This document shows, piece after piece, positions 63,600 to 64,000 of a stretch of DNA of 64,000 nt. Both the position numbers and the translations under genes were made by a program. Within the stretch, counting starts at the first letter, position 1. The number at the start of each line of letters is the position of its first letter. This DNA comes from Mobula hypostoma (Eukaryota). The stretch lies in contig NC_086108.1 of NCBI RefSeq assembly GCF_963921235.1, positions 88,786,001-88,850,000 on the forward strand, written 5' to 3'. Below the pieces are notes generated by a model. That model searched no databases and was not told where the DNA came from. It saw only the letters and a program-made list of their open reading frames with translations.

Positions 63600-64000
63600 C
63601 AACACTCACAACACGCTGGAGGAACTCAGCAGGTTGGGCAGCATCCGTGGAAAAGATCGGTCGACGTTTCGGGCTGGAACCCTTTGTCAGGGACTGTAGA
63701 GGGAAGGGGCAGAGGCCCTATAAAGAAGGTGGGGGGAGAGTGGGAAGGAGAAGGCTGGTAGGTTCCAGGTGAAAAACCAGTAAGGGGAAAGATAAAGGGG
63801 TGAGGGAGGGGAGTCAGGGAGGTGATAGGCAGGAAAGGTGAAGAAAGAATAGGGGAAAACACAATGGGTCGTAGAAGGAGGCGGAACCATGAGGGAGGTG
63901 ATAGGCAGCTGGGGGAGGGGGCAGAGTGACATACGAATAGTGGAAGGGAGGGGGAGGGAATTACCGGAAGTAGGAGAATTCTATGTTCATACCAAGGGGC
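63600..64000 (-). mobile_element. Penelope-like element 3' end with hammerhead variant; continues beyond the window
   Basis: Minus strand: GMNIEFSYF tail, pyrimidine tract, then GTCC-CTGACAA-AGGG-TTCCAG-CCC-GAAA-CGTC-GAC. Confidence 0.8.

Overview
Vertebrate genomic DNA, most likely a cartilaginous fish (inferred from the CR1/V-SINE/Penelope/Rex1 repeat profile). The main gene is palmdelphin (PALMD) on the minus strand. I reconstructed it by hand from phase-consistent GT-AG exons at 48131-48211, 47048-47178, 30947-31061, 25290-25314, 25073-25192 and 21734/21778-22890. A separate terminal exon lies at 13213-13259, giving two predicted C-termini: a lipid-anchor form (KQKCRCCSIM, CaaX) and a non-CaaX form (ALETKMARLGKKVLM). 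The canonical first exon was not found. A second, unidentified spliced minus-strand gene probably starts near 2.7-2.8 kb and runs off the left edge. The rest is mostly nested transposons: many CR1 LINEs (one with an uninterrupted 921-aa ORF2), Rex1/Babar-like LINEs, a solo LTR, a Tc1-like relic, tRNA-derived SINEs and Penelope-like elements. The most striking non-genic signal is about 10 short Penelope-derived modules carrying a minimal type I hammerhead-ribozyme motif. Several are inserted as long hairpins with 9-14 bp target-site duplications. All family assignments rest on remembered motifs; no database search was run.
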